From: Pecten maximus
Taxonomy: Eukaryota
Direction: 5' to 3'
DNA length: 64,000 bases
Assembly (NCBI RefSeq): GCF_902652985.1
Contig: NC_047024.1
Location: forward strand, 21,452,001-21,516,000
Both the position numbers and the translations under genes were made by a program. Within the stretch, counting starts at the first letter, position 1; each line of letters starts with the position of its first letter. Below the pieces are notes generated by a model that saw only the letters and a list, made by a program, of their open reading frames with translations, searched no databases and had not been told where the DNA came from. Of the stretch, positions 63,201 through 64,000 are shown piece after piece.

Positions 63201-64000
63201 TCCACCAGCATTGTCGAGAGCCTGTGATCTTATTAGCACTAACATACAGACAGTGATTACTAGTACTTTACTCCCTGGATATAAAAATAACTTTATTTAC
63301 ACCAATATTCACATCAAGATTCCCACAGCTGTACACACACCGACCAGTTATCCCGCTAAGGCCGGCATTACCTACACACCCAATGTCCTGAAGAAAAAAA
63401 TATTTTCAAAATCACATTTCAGTTCTTATCCCACAGAGTATACAGTTATTTATACACAATATATACAAAATCTAATAAGCGCACTATTTTATAAGATAAT
63501 ATGAAAGAGCTAATTTCTATTGCAGGATTTCAGCTTAAAATAGTCTATTATCACATACAGAGCTAAAGGCATCGATAAAATGGAATTGCCATTGTCTGTT
63601 TTCAAATGTCTATGGTGTGAGCTTGAATGAATGTTTTTTCTTCAAGACAATGGGAAAAGATATCACATAGCTACACAAAATAATCAGCCATTTTATGATT
63701 ATAAACATCTTTCACTCATCACATACATATCGACTCAGAACATCAGTCAAAACACCATACACTAGTAGTCACACGATTTGGTCAATAACAAATATACAAA
63801 TAAAACGATTCTATAAATAACTTAACATGATATGATTAAATACTACCAAACTGTCTTCAGAAGTGAGAATCTCTATATCTACATATATTTATATCAGTCA
63901 TAAATTCACTTTAAAGGATTCACCTCTGTTCTGGACTTCTGATATTTATCAAATTAATATTTACATACCTGGTATGGTAACCATATTCTCACTTCAATGT
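63114..64000 (-). CDS. 3' exons of an unidentified gene continuing beyond the window
   Basis: Exon end ...IEVRIWLPYQ|GTATGT (64000-63969) splices in frame to CAG|ALDNAGGVWGNSEIDFNDQGKTKIFSNWHRQ (63221-63129). This either continues VGLS* (stop 63114-63116) or uses donor GTAGGT. Minus-strand AATAAA near 62415. Confidence 0.55.

Overview
AT-rich, intron- and repeat-rich animal genomic DNA; the repeat types (HINE/pearl-like elements, tRNA-derived SINEs, MITEs) suggest a bivalve mollusc (inference). I could assemble two complete spliced genes by hand. One is an 11-coding-exon ionotropic glutamate receptor (+, 8652-22885, 873 aa) with an atypical pore loop. The other is a convergent 10-exon mitochondrial-type branched-chain aminotransferase (-, 32073-26662, 401 aa). 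There are also 3' exons of an unidentified minus-strand gene at the right edge and a candidate signal-peptide first exon of a divergent gene near 3.9 kb. The rest is mobile DNA. It includes an ~7.9-kb AcademX-type transposon (DDE + XPG + Cys8 protein, two nonsense codons) nested inside an intact Harbinger-type MITE, and a complete TRIM whose LTRs carry a tRNA-Thr(AGT)-like Pol III cassette (Helenus-like) plus a solo LTR. It also includes a LINE fragment flanked by a 135-bp target duplication, a SINE with a triplicated head, a MITE-in-LTR-in-SINE nest, many hairpin MITEs and several minisatellites. There is one assembly gap (8360-8503). No CRISPR array, rRNA or bona fide tRNA gene is supported.
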